64,000 nt of DNA, from positions 22,827 to 86,826 of the IMG/VR virus record IMGVR_UViG_3300031760_000024; one strand, written 5' to 3'. Shown here in pieces: positions 38,477 to 49,301 of this stretch. Source of the DNA: a virus. Lineage: Duplodnaviria > Caudoviricetes. The notes below the pieces were generated by a model, which worked only from the letters and a program-made list of their open reading frames with translations, did not search any database and had not been told where the DNA came from. The position numbers and the translations under genes are program-made. Numbering within the stretch: the stretch's first letter is position 1; each line of letters opens with the position of its first letter.

Positions 38477-41400
38477 AGCCTAGACCAAGCCGCTGCTTGG
38501 CTTATAATCTCACTTGTCGTAACACCAAGTTGTTTTGCCACATTAGAAGAGTTCTTATAAAACTCTTCTAATTCATAATTATTCATAGTAGTGGTTTTTC
38601 TTAAATCAACAAGTTGAGTATCAAGGTCTTTAATTGTTGATATAGCACTTCTTATAAATCCAACGATTCTGTAGAAACTTGCAAACGAGCCTAAATATGC
38701 TAATAATGATTTCCATCGCTTTGAAAGCATTTGGGTCATGGTTTGACCAGCCATACCAGCCCGTTCTGCTTCTCCCTTAATTTGCGCAAGTCTTTGCCAA
38801 ATCTTTGTTAGGGCTTTTTCAGCCTCTTTAGAATCAGCAGGAAGATTATTCAACGACGCTTCGAATGAACGCAATTCGTCACCATATACTTTATTAATCT
38901 GACCCTTATTTTGCATTTCACCAATACTCTTCAATAAAGACGCACGGCGATTTGCAATTTTTGTTTCCGTCTTTAATCTTTTTTCCTCTGCGCGTTCTTC
39001 TTCTTTTGCAGCCTCTTCAACTTTTTCCTGTTCTTTTTTCTTCGCATTAGCTACGCGTCGAGCAGATTCTTCAGCCGCCTTTGCTTGCGCATCCCTTAAT
39101 TTTTGAGTAGAATCAGCAGTACGTTCTTCAACTTTTTTTAACTGTTCTTCTGTTAAGGATACCTTTTTCAACTCATTTAAATAAGTTTCTAATTCTCGTA
39201 CTTTTTTCTGACGATCAGTAATACGGGAATCTCTTGGATTATCAGTATGATTATATAATGATTCTAATTCTGCATTAATCTTATTAATCGAATTAATTGT
39301 TTTTACTCTTGCATCAATGTTTTGCTGTTCTGTAGTTTTAGAAGCAATCGCCTCTTTAGCTTCATTAATTTGTTTCGTTGTAGCTTTTAACACAGTCGCA
39401 ACATCTTTTAATGAGTCTCCTTGTTTTGCCAGTTCATTGATAGCATTTAAGAATGAATTATCATTAATTGGCTCGTTCAGTATTTTCTTTATTGATTCTA
39501 AATTTTTAACAAGATTAGTAATCCTGTCCTTATCATTGTCAGCTAAATTGCTAATAATTTTATTCAGGTATTTAAACGCATCAGCCTCTCCACTTAATCC
39601 TTTTAATGATTCTACAATTGAAGATAGAACCTCTTTATTCGCAGAAACAAACTCGCGCTTACCTTCTGCAGCATCCTTTGATTTAGAAGCAACATCTTCC
39701 ATTTTATCTGCTTCTTTTTGTTCTGCATCGGCTGCTTGATTAGCAGAATCTACAACGGGAACGGCTTGATTTTGAGCATTCATTTGTTGCAATGTTTCAT
39801 ATGATGACTGCATTTCTTGTATAATTGAATCAATGCCTCCACCATTCATAACAGAGCTTTTCCAATCCTCAATAGGATTTGGTTTATTTTTCAAATACTC
39901 ATAAATATTACGAATTGCGTCTTGAGTTGTACCGGCGTCTTTAATAACATCACCAAATTGTTCTCTTAATTGTTGTAAAAATATAAGTGCATCCGGTTTA
40001 TCAAATGTTCCCATTTGAAAATTTTCAAGACCAATCACCCCACGAACCTTGGCAAATTCATCACCCGGAAACTCTTGACGATCCTTTTTATCAAAACCAA
40101 AACGCGAATGAGAAACAAAATCACGTACCTTTTGCCATGTATCATATTGTCCCTTTTGCAATTTGGTAATGCCGCTAGATCCTGATAAAATGTCTATAAT
40201 ATGTGCATATGAAGAAGTTTCAAGAGTTGTTCCATTTGATAACTCCTTGAATAAACTTTTTACCTCTTGTTTTAATTTTTCGAATACATCCTTTGAAGCT
40301 CCAAAGTTATCAATAATTTTATTTGCAACTTCACCAGACACATACTCTAGTCTTCGTTCTTCTTCTTCTAATTGTTCTATGGTTTTATCTGTTTTTGTAA
40401 CTGAATCAGCAGTAGTACCAGTAAACGATGATGATATATTTGTAATCGCTGTTTCTATTGTGGTTAATTTTTGCGCGATTGCGTCTAAAGACCCGCCAAA
40501 CAAATCTTTCTTTGAAATATCAGACAAAAGTTGTTTGATTTCTTTGAGTTGTTCAACTACTCCTTTGAGTTTGATTTGATTATCACTAATTTCAACTACA
40601 TCAGTTTTTCTTGTTTGCGTAATTTTACGCATATTAGCAAGATATGTACTTTCAGCATTTCCATTTGGTAATTTTAATCCTGATAAATCCATCATAAAAT
40701 CAGGATATGCGGCTGCATCCGCTAATATTTTAAAGAAATCAATGAGTCTATATATTTTATCTTCTACTGAACCTAATTGTTGTACGTTAATAGGAGAGTA
40801 TCGATCAATTAATGTCTGCATACCACCCGGCAAATTCAAAACATTATTTATAGATGCGAACAATAAATCTTCATTGCCAGCTCTTCCAACAACTCCTTCA
40901 TACATTTGTTGATATTTTGTATAGACGCCTCTTTGATAATTATTAACTTTATTTGCCATTTGCATGGCATCAACATTAGATATACTATTAATACGTTGAT
41001 TTGTTTCATCTAACTTCTTTAAAAGAGTATCTATACTTTGTATGATACTAATGAATCCATTGTTATCATCAACTGAACCTAATGTATTTTTAATTGATTC
41101 TAAATGTTGAGCAATTTCAGACAACATGGTATTAAACTGAGAAACCACTGATGGATCAAATACCCCATTAGCGCCGCCAGCTATACCATTGACAGAAGAA
41201 GAATTCGCTTTTTCTAAATCATGTTTTGTGTCAACTAACTCTTGTTGCGCCTCAGCGTCTCTACGAGCAGCTTCACCCTCATTATCAAATGCAGTTGTTG
41301 TTGAATTAGCAGACGTTTCAACATCATTATTTGCTTTGGCTGTACCACTTAAGTTTTCACGCGTACTTGCTAACTGCTGGTCAATTTCCTGTAGGGATTT

Positions 41401-43149
41401 CCTTGTACGTAAACCAATTACATTTCCTTTGTCATCAAATATTTTTTCTCCTGCAGTCTTTAACCTTTGCATTTCTTCGGCTACAAAGTCCACAACATCT
41501 GTTTTAATTCCTGAAAAATCCATAAAGTCTCTATAAATGGAATCTTGCAAATTCATTTTAGATGTTGTATTTTTGTCGCCAATTTCCTTTGTCGATTTTG
41601 CCAGTGCATCATATGCAGTATTTCTTCCTCCATTAAATTTCCACATTTCCTTTTGGAGGCTAATAATTCTGTACAAAGTGCCAATATATTCTTCCGACTC
41701 TTGATCCCCAGAATCATATAACATTTTTAAGTGTTCCATTGATTCTCGAAGAGCGGCATTAAGTTCATCGGAACCTTTTTTGATACCACTAATATTAATT
41801 AATTCATCAAATGTTTTATGTTTAACACCACCGGAAGTCGTACCACCTACCGCTTGCCCCTCAAGCTTTTTGGTTTTTTCTAATTCTTCGTTTAATCTAG
41901 CAACTTCTACTGCATGTTTTTTAACAAGTTCCGTCCTATCTGCTTCAGCATCACGCAATTCCTCTTCTAATGATGCAATACTTTTTTTTAATTCCCTTAC
42001 TTCTTCAACTTCAAGATTATAAGCCGTCTGGCTTACACTTGCGTATAATTCACGCTCACAATCTTCAAGCCTTTCCTTTAATTCTTCAATTTCTGCTTGC
42101 GCTCTAAAATATTTATCACCAACAGATTGCATATCACCAGCGGTGTACATGCTATCCATTTCTTCTTTTAAACGCCGAACAGTTGATTCTAACTCTTGTA
42201 TTTTCCCGTTTAATTCTTCTATTTTTGAAGCAGCACTACTATTTAGTATTGATTCCGGAACATAAACTCCTTCGGCAAATTTACCAAAAGCATCTTCGAT
42301 AGATGTAACATCTACATTCGCCTCTGTTAATAATTTAATTAATACCTTAAAGGCTTCTTGGATTTCAGAAAATTTACCAAGATCAACATCAAACATTTCT
42401 CCGTCTTTACGAGTTTCATTTATTTTATCTAATTGATCTTGGACAACATGTAAAGTTTCATTTACCTCTCTACGTTTGCTTTCTTCTGCGGCTTTAAATT
42501 GTGCTTCAGATTCTGTGATGGCTTTTCTTTGTGCTTCATTCACTTCATATGAGGCTTTTGCCATTTCAGTTTTAATTTGATCGCTGATACCAGCTAAATT
42601 TAAAAATTTCGCTACATAATCTTTATCTACACTTTTGAATATTGATTGTAATATATCTACATTAGAACCAACTTTAAGCGATATATAATCTGGACTTAAA
42701 CTTTTTACTACTTCATCAAATATACCCTGATATTTACTAGTTAGATCTTTTCCAAAATACTCACCAAATTTTTGAAGCTGCAAGAAAGACTTTGTAAAAT
42801 TTTCCGTTTGCTTATCTGTTAATTGTTTGCCATTTACTATTAATTTTTCATATGCCTTATCAAGTATTTGTGTTAATTGATTTACTTCTTTTTGTACAGT
42901 AGCATTATCAAAAATTTGCTGTTTTGTTGGTTTAAAATCTTTATCTAATTCTTCTTTGAAACGTTGAACCGATTTTTTACCAACCTTCAATCCGCTATCA
43001 TCAACTTCTATTTTCGCCTTATGTTTTTTTATGTCATCAAGCTCTCTTCCCAACTCTTTTGTTTTATCTGTGGCATTGAGGACAGCTTTTGCAAGGTCTC
43101 TTAAATCAGTTTGTTGTATCGAAGTATCAAATCTCATTGAATCTCCCAT
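38477..43149 (-). CDS. Tape measure protein, exon 1 (spliced product ~3689 aa)
   Basis: Long helical/coiled-coil ORF ending in the TMP core LDTQLVDLRKTT..LGVTTSEII..WSRL. Confidence 0.9.
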
Positions 43150-43161
43150 AATATAAACTCC

Positions 43162-43722
43162 TTATGTTAATAATTTGTCTACCGCTTTTTTTACTTTATC
43201 AATTATTTTGTTGTACTCATCCTGTTGTTTTGATCTTATTTCACTAACTTTTTTCTTCATTAAAAATTCCATTCTATTATATGGACTAAAAGTATATAAA
43301 GCGGGTCTGCCCCAATATTTAAATGTTGGGAATGGTCTTTTCCAATATGGAACACCCTCATGCGGATGTTCTTCCCCAAACTTTGTTATGCCGCTTCTAG
43401 CGCCACCATGATAACCTTCTTTCAATGAATTTTCATATATGTATTCATTGTATTCTCTTGAAATATATTGATCCATATAGGCCTTGTCAAAATTAACAAT
43501 CAATTCCGTGCCAACCAAATCAATCCTATAAGAATGCAATAAACTTTCTTCTCTTTCATAAAAGATAGGAGAGTATGATCTATACCATTGAACAATAACA
43601 TGATGGGCAATGTCTTCTAGTGCTTCTTTATACATTTTTGGGTATTTGTTATTCATTCTGTCAATATCTTCTTGTGCTTTGTATATCGTATCTAATGCAC
43701 GTTGAGCATCTCTTAACCGCAT
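43162..43722 (-). CDS. Hypothetical tail-associated protein
   Basis: 186-aa ORF immediately upstream of the TMP gene. Confidence 0.7.
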   Translation of the reverse strand: MRLRDAQRALDTIYKAQEDIDRMNNKYPKMYKEALEDIAHHVIVQWYRSYSPIFYEREESLLHSYRIDLVGTELIVNFDKAYMDQYISREYNEYIYENSLKEGYHGGARSGITKFGEEHPHEGVPYWKRPFPTFKYWGRPALYTFSPYNRMEFLMKKKVSEIRSKQQDEYNKIIDKVKKAVDKLLT

Positions 43723-43781
43723 AGTTATAATACCTCCTATCTGATAATTTATATTTATCGCACATGCGTTATTTTCATATT

Positions 43782-43817
43782 AAAAAAAGCCCAAGGGCGA
43801 TTACATCCCCTTGGGCT
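43782..43817 (-). terminator. Intrinsic terminator
   Basis: AGCCCAAGGG/CCCTTGGGCT stem with a U7 tract on the - strand. Confidence 0.8.
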
Positions 43818-43826
43818 AATAATCAC

Positions 43827-44210
43827 TTAGTTATTTTGTTCCATTTGCGACATTAATCGCTCAACTGCTTTACGATCTTTATCATCAACAGCCATATCCA
43901 TTACTTCTTGAAGTCTATCAAGCATCATTTCTTTGCTTTCAGTTCTTGAATAACCATTATTCATTCCGCGACCTCTGGAATAGGAACCTCCTCGATTATA
44001 CGCTGGCATCATTCTACCTGATCTACCGCGCATATAACCGTTCATTTGAGAATATCCATTGTCTTGAGATATACCAATTTGGTCAATATCTTTAATAATA
44101 TCAACAAACTTATCAATAAGCTCAACGTCTTTACTGTCAAGTTTTTCTTTCTTTGCTATATCATCAAGTTCACAAAACATCATATCATATATCTTATCTA
44201 ATGTATCCAT
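43827..44210 (-). CDS. Hypothetical protein with G/R/Y-rich linker
   Basis: MDTLDKIYDMMFCELDDI..IKDI; GYSR repeats; C-terminal helical EMMLDRLQE. Confidence 0.7.
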   Translation of the reverse strand: MDTLDKIYDMMFCELDDIAKKEKLDSKDVELIDKFVDIIKDIDQIGISQDNGYSQMNGYMRGRSGRMMPAYNRGGSYSRGRGMNNGYSRTESKEMMLDRLQEVMDMAVDDKDRKAVERLMSQMEQNN

Positions 44211-44224
44211 CTAATACCTCCTTC

Positions 44225-44659
44225 CTACGCAATCCTGTTTAAATCAATTATTGCCTGCTGAACGTCTATTGACTGTGTACTAGTATTAGTAATAGATACA
44301 TTCTGATAACAACCGCGAGGAATAGGTATTTCAACAGAACGACTAACATTGAAAAAGTCTCCAACCGCCACCGGAGTAACAACCATAGTCGTTGCTGGTT
44401 CGGTAACACCGTTTACTGTAACTGCCAAACTAATGGGCTCAACAGTACCGCCAGTACTAATTGCAATATTCGCACTAAAATCAATTGCAAGTCTCCCGTA
44501 AGAAGCACACGGGTTATTTACAATCCCACGAACCTGAAATAATCCAGAGTCGTTTTGATGTAAAATAAGTCCTTTGTTACACGGGAAAAAGTCATTACTA
44601 AATATAACAGTCCCGTTAGCTGGTACAGTTTGTGTTGTGTTTTCTCTATATTCTGCCAT
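44225..44659 (-). CDS. BclA-C-terminal-like (jelly-roll) protein
   Basis: Start MAEY at 44659; QTVPANGTVIF, SGLFQVRG, FSANIAI, FNVSRSVEI.IP, I.LNRIA. Confidence 0.55.
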   Translation of the reverse strand: MAEYRENTTQTVPANGTVIFSNDFFPCNKGLILHQNDSGLFQVRGIVNNPCASYGRLAIDFSANIAISTGGTVEPISLAVTVNGVTEPATTMVVTPVAVGDFFNVSRSVEIPIPRGCYQNVSITNTSTQSIDVQQAIIDLNRIA

Positions 44660-44807
44660 TATTATATCCTCCATTATTTGTAACTTAATCTTCAGTAAGA
44701 AGAAAAAGCTGGTACCAAGATTGACCAAAAGTCAAAAATTTCAATAGAAAAACGGATGTGGATTATATAATCTATATGACACGCTAAACACCTCCAGAAT
44801 AATATTC

Positions 44808-45341
44808 TTATTCGCTTTGCTCTTGTTTATTAAGTTCTTTTAAAACCGCATTGATCACTTCTTCTGACAAATTCAGACCTTGTTTTATATTGTAAAGTAT
44901 TGCTGTTGTACTATATTCATTTTTGCAAAAATCATCATATTTCATATCTAATAATGATGAAAATTCAATATATTCAGACTTAGGTATTGCAGAAATTAAA
45001 TCCTGTAAAGCACCAATTTTATTTAATTCATCATATTGTTGGATAAAAATACCGTCTTCAAAATTTATTTCAATATCTGTATATAATTCAATAAGTCTCA
45101 TCATAAATAAAACATATCTTGCTGATGTATTTAGTTTAATAAATTCATGATCACCATCTTTTACATGTGTAGTACATTCAACCAATTTTGTGCAATATGA
45201 ATCTTTCATAATATAATCAACATATTTATTAATGATATGTTTTTGTAAAAATTCATTAAATGTTTTTTCATTCACTTTCGATTGATTCTTATATGAATTA
45301 CAAAACGTCTCTACTGATATTTTTTTCTTTTCCATAATCAC
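44808..45341 (-). CDS. Hypothetical protein
   Basis: 177-aa ORF with GGAG RBS. Confidence 0.7.
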   Translation of the reverse strand: MIMEKKKISVETFCNSYKNQSKVNEKTFNEFLQKHIINKYVDYIMKDSYCTKLVECTTHVKDGDHEFIKLNTSARYVLFMMRLIELYTDIEINFEDGIFIQQYDELNKIGALQDLISAIPKSEYIEFSSLLDMKYDDFCKNEYSTTAILYNIKQGLNLSEEVINAVLKELNKQEQSE

Positions 45342-45364
45342 TAATTCTCCTTTTAATCATTTTT

Positions 45365-45559
45365 TTATTTAACCCAAAACTTAAATTGATAACCGTCATT
45401 CGTACTAATCAGATACTCGCCATTAGAAGAGAAGCACTTGATTTCTTTTATCTGTGTGCTCTCATTCGGGTTCATAATCTGCATACACTCGTCACTGTTA
45501 ACAATAAAATTCCGTTCTTTTAAAAATTGCTCGATCTCATTTGAATACATTGGTATCAC
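45365..45559 (-). CDS. Hypothetical protein
   Basis: 64-aa ORF with AGGAGG RBS. Confidence 0.65.
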   Translation of the reverse strand: MIPMYSNEIEQFLKERNFIVNSDECMQIMNPNESTQIKEIKCFSSNGEYLISTNDGYQFKFWVK

Positions 45560-45581
45560 CTCCTGATATCCATATATCCAT

Positions 45582-46067
45582 TTACTTCCTAATGCGGTTT
45601 ACCGCTTCGCCTATACATATAGCATCCGCCTCATCATCCGTTTTTGGGACAAACCCATAATGCTCCGTAACATACGCAATAGAGTATTCCTTTTGTTCTG
45701 GGCGATGCCCATTACGACCATTCGGAAATCCAGGTATATATTTGCGCCACGCACTCGGCATAATGAAGTGATACTCAACATCATGCGACAGGCACCAGCC
45801 CATCACTATACCGTGAAGTCGGCTTAAGCATTTTAATGTCTTCGGGTTATATCCTTTGAATGAATCCTCGCTATATACTACCGTAGGCTTAAAATAATCG
45901 AGCGCACTGATCAGCTTCTTACCCATAGCCTCAGTGCGCTCGTCTATATCTTTTATCTTCTCAAAGTCAATTACATATGACTCTTTATATTTCTTATTAT
46001 TCCAAACCGCTATACCGGATTTCTTTGTGGAGAGATCGAGGCTGACTAGTTTTTCTATCTTACCCAA
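45582..46067 (-). CDS. RuvC-like Holliday junction resolvase / endonuclease
   Basis: SLDLSTKKSGIAVW, VYSED, PSAWRK, DDEADAICIG. Confidence 0.8.
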   Translation of the reverse strand: MGKIEKLVSLDLSTKKSGIAVWNNKKYKESYVIDFEKIKDIDERTEAMGKKLISALDYFKPTVVYSEDSFKGYNPKTLKCLSRLHGIVMGWCLSHDVEYHFIMPSAWRKYIPGFPNGRNGHRPEQKEYSIAYVTEHYGFVPKTDDEADAICIGEAVNRIRK

Positions 46068-46534
46068 TCTTTCTTCTCCAATCTTTCAGCGTAGCCCCTA
46101 CGTATATGATTAATAGAGGCCACTGTTATTTCATTTTTAAAATCTGGATGTGAAGCCGTATATTCTTCATAACGCCTAATATCATCCATACATTGATCCC
46201 AAGAATCCTTGCTACATAGTTTACCACCTTGAAGATCATCTTCAAATCGCAGAATTCTTACTCTTATCGTAGTTGCTTGATTCTCGTCAATCTTATGTTC
46301 CAATTCCTTTAATTTTCTATCTGAGTTTTCAACCTTTTTATCAACGGCATCTACTTTATCATTTACTTCTTTTACACCAAGAAATTTACCAATCGCTCTT
46401 CCAATAGCAGACCACGGATTAATTTTTATCTTTGATACTTCAACAAACGACAATATCAAGATTATAATCATCGTAATCCAACCGGGATTATTCTTAATCG
46501 TTTCCCAGATACTATTCAGGGTCATTATTACCAC
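46055..46534 (-). CDS. Membrane protein of the lysis region (holin-associated type)
   Basis: N-terminal transmembrane segment, KIKINPWSAIG, RVRILRF, YEEY motifs. Confidence 0.7.
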   Translation of the reverse strand: MVIMTLNSIWETIKNNPGWITMIIILILSFVEVSKIKINPWSAIGRAIGKFLGVKEVNDKVDAVDKKVENSDRKLKELEHKIDENQATTIRVRILRFEDDLQGGKLCSKDSWDQCMDDIRRYEEYTASHPDFKNEITVASINHIRRGYAERLEKKDWVR

Positions 46535-46781
46535 CTTTTTCTATAAGTTGCTTAAATACCTGATGGAGTCCTGTAGCCGCTAAGCCACTAACCATTCCGC
46601 TCGTAAATGCCATAAAACTAAATCCTTGGGTTAAAAATCCAAATCCTGCACCAAGTATACCCATTATGAGAGGTATAAAACGATCAGGGATCTTATCTAT
46701 CTTTTTAATCATGTACCCGATACATAAACATGCAATGATTATGATTTGAACATAGTACTCACTAATAAAGCCTAAATCCAT
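46512..46781 (-). CDS. Holin
   Basis: 89 aa with 2-3 transmembrane segments; CIGYMIK, IPLIMGILG, GMVSGLAATGLHQ. Confidence 0.8.
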   Translation of the reverse strand: MDLGFISEYYVQIIIIACLCIGYMIKKIDKIPDRFIPLIMGILGAGFGFLTQGFSFMAFTSGMVSGLAATGLHQVFKQLIEKGGNNDPE

Positions 46782-46803
46782 AATACTTCCCCCTTTCTAT
46801 GCT

Positions 46804-47826
46804 TTAAATAAATGCTTCGTCTGCATCATCAGTATCTTCACGTATCACATAATGTTTAATGGTTGTCTCGCTACTTTCATGTCCCAACAGTTTTTGCGCC
46901 GTCTCAACCGATTTACCTTCATAAACAACAATGTTCGAAGCGCGTGATTCTCGGAGTATGTGAGGATGTATCCGCCTACCAACCAACTTGGTCAGTAGGT
47001 CTTTACACCAATCATTAAAAGTGGTTTCACTAACTTGGCGAACATTACCCTCATGATCCTTTGTTATAAACATGTACGGGCAATCATCATCTCCACGAAT
47101 CTCAAGCCATTTCTGCAGGGCTTGCATAGCATCTTCGCTAAACTGGAGTTTCCGTACTTTACCAATCTGGCTATGTCCTTTACATCTGATGTTATGTGTT
47201 TTATAAGATACCGACTGTGCCTTTACTTTATTTCCGTCTTCATCATTTATTTCTATTTCTTTCACGATAGGAGAGTAGTTAACCACTTCCTTGAGTAACT
47301 GTCTCGATTCCGCTCGTCTGCATCCGGTAGAATACGAAAACTTTAACCATGCGAGAATCTGCCACTTACCTAACTCCTCAAGCTTATGACACAGATCATC
47401 ATACTCCTGCGGTGTAAGCGGTTGCTTTTCATGTACGTATCCGGTCTGCACAACTTTCATACTCGATGTTACAAAACTCCTGAACATCGGATACTCGTCC
47501 TCATAATATTCCATCATATAATTACAAAGAGAACTAATAACCGACTTCCTTAATTTGATAGCAGATTCAGATAACCCTCTGTTAGTTAACCAATTAAGAT
47601 ACTTGATAAATTCTTTCTTCTTAATATCAAAAGCGTTCTTATCTCCAAGGTTCTCATGAACCCACCAAAAGAATATCCTTAGATTTGAGTTATACTGTAT
47701 TTTTGACTTATCAGATAACTCAATTTTGCTATCCAAAAATTCCTGAGCGAGGTCTCTATTGAACTCGTTCACTTGCTGCCACATTTCAGGCGTGACGTCG
47801 TCACACTTTTTTGCAATTGTCCCCAT
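46804..47826 (-). CDS. Second tyrosine recombinase (XerC/D-like)
   Basis: TGCRRAE, HPHILRES, LLGHESSETTIKHY. Confidence 0.88.
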   Translation of the reverse strand: MGTIAKKCDDVTPEMWQQVNEFNRDLAQEFLDSKIELSDKSKIQYNSNLRIFFWWVHENLGDKNAFDIKKKEFIKYLNWLTNRGLSESAIKLRKSVISSLCNYMMEYYEDEYPMFRSFVTSSMKVVQTGYVHEKQPLTPQEYDDLCHKLEELGKWQILAWLKFSYSTGCRRAESRQLLKEVVNYSPIVKEIEINDEDGNKVKAQSVSYKTHNIRCKGHSQIGKVRKLQFSEDAMQALQKWLEIRGDDDCPYMFITKDHEGNVRQVSETTFNDWCKDLLTKLVGRRIHPHILRESRASNIVVYEGKSVETAQKLLGHESSETTIKHYVIREDTDDADEAFI

Positions 47827-47858
47827 AAGACTTCCTTCCTTTTATTCATCTGTATATA

Positions 47859-47923
47859 CAATATATTAAATATATTGAACACAATATATAATTGCGCCAA
47901 AATATATTGTGTGTGATATATTC
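47859..47923. promoter_or_regulatory. Array of ATATAT(T/A) palindromic boxes upstream of the recombinase
   Basis: Cores at 47861, 47870, 47884, 47902 and 47916; perfect 11-bp inverted repeat 47879-47889 / 47902-47912. Confidence 0.5.
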
Positions 47924-47935
47924 GGCGCGTTATTA

Positions 47936-49054
47936 CTATCTAATCAATTCCAAGATACTTCCTAGTACATTGACAACGTCTTCCAATTCATCATACGTAT
48001 TCTGATTTGACAAAGTGAACCGTACACACTCATGTGCTTCTGCCTCTGTTAATCCATACGCTAATGCCACATGACTGGCTTTATCAGAATCAGTAGAGCA
48101 TGCTGATCCTGTCCCGATGTAAATGTTGTAATCATTTAACAGATTCATCAGTGTTAATCCGTTCACACCGGGAAAGCGGATATAGATATTGTTCGGCAAC
48201 CGGTTCTCTTTTGTACCAACCAGTACACCGCCAAGTTTCTCTAACTCCGCTAATAAAAAGCTAGTTTTATGTGCGAGTGATTCCACATCATAGTCGATCA
48301 ACTCAAATGCTTCTCCGAGACTTGCAATCAGTGGGGTAGCAGGAGTACCGCCTATTAACCCTTGTTCTCCAAAGATAATAGGAGATAGTTCGTTCGCAAG
48401 TATTTGACGTGCGTAAAATAAACCGCTGCCCTTTAAACCGCCAATCTTTTGTCCAGACATAGAAAGTGCATCAATACCCATCTCATCCACATTAATAGGG
48501 TAGTACGGTATATATTGTGTAGCATCACAGTGAAAAAAAGCCTTGTCATGCCGATGCACTATTTCAGATATCTGCTTCACGGGTTGTATTATCCCTGTCT
48601 CTGAATTCGCCATCTGGACACTGACAAGGCAATATTTCCCCACATCCTTACACTGTTGTACAAGGTTCTCTAACTGTTCCAAATCTACAATTCCACTTTT
48701 ATCCACGGCTACCAAACGCTTCGAATACGGCAGCCAGTTATATAATTCCATAATGTCGTTGTGCTCCACGGCGGAAGTCACAAATAAAGTCTCCGGATGT
48801 TTACGGATAAATCCCTGTATCAACACATTGTTTGACATCGTAGCACCAGATGTAAAATATATTTCGTCTTGATCACAAGACAATAACTCGCTGATTTTGC
48901 TATGCGTGTGAGACAGTACAGCATGTGCTTGCAATCCCATCGTATGCTGTGAACTGGGATTACCATACATGCCCTCGGCAACTTCTACGAACTTTGCCAA
49001 TACTCTCGGATTCACTGGCGTAGAAGCGGCGTTATCCAAGTATATTGGTTTCAT
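47936..49054 (-). CDS. iscS: Cysteine desulfurase (IscS/NifS family, PLP-dependent)
   Basis: YLDNAASTP, FTSGAT, VEH, HCDATQ, SGQK (PLP Lys), GTP, GSACS (catalytic Cys), RFTLS. Confidence 0.9.
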   Translation of the reverse strand: MKPIYLDNAASTPVNPRVLAKFVEVAEGMYGNPSSQHTMGLQAHAVLSHTHSKISELLSCDQDEIYFTSGATMSNNVLIQGFIRKHPETLFVTSAVEHNDIMELYNWLPYSKRLVAVDKSGIVDLEQLENLVQQCKDVGKYCLVSVQMANSETGIIQPVKQISEIVHRHDKAFFHCDATQYIPYYPINVDEMGIDALSMSGQKIGGLKGSGLFYARQILANELSPIIFGEQGLIGGTPATPLIASLGEAFELIDYDVESLAHKTSFLLAELEKLGGVLVGTKENRLPNNIYIRFPGVNGLTLMNLLNDYNIYIGTGSACSTDSDKASHVALAYGLTEAEAHECVRFTLSNQNTYDELEDVVNVLGSILELIR

Positions 49055-49058
49055 ATTA

Positions 49059-49277
49059 TTACCTCTTTTCTATCCATTCTTTATACGCTTCTTGTGTTGC
49101 ACTTTTTTTAAATACAAATATTATAATAGGCTCACCAGTTTTATTATCGTGTGACACGTAAATATGAACTGGCTGTATCCCCTTGTCCCAGTAGAACGCT
49201 GCCTGTTTTGGATTCACAATTATTATATTGTCATCAAAATCAATTGTTCTATTGGTCATACTGGATCGTATTTGCAT
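49059..49277 (-). CDS. Hypothetical protein
   Basis: 72-aa ORF with AAAGGA RBS. Confidence 0.7.
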   Translation of the reverse strand: MQIRSSMTNRTIDFDDNIIIVNPKQAAFYWDKGIQPVHIYVSHDNKTGEPIIIFVFKKSATQEAYKEWIEKR

Positions 49278-49301
49278 AACCGTTTCATTCCTTTCTAATC
49301 A

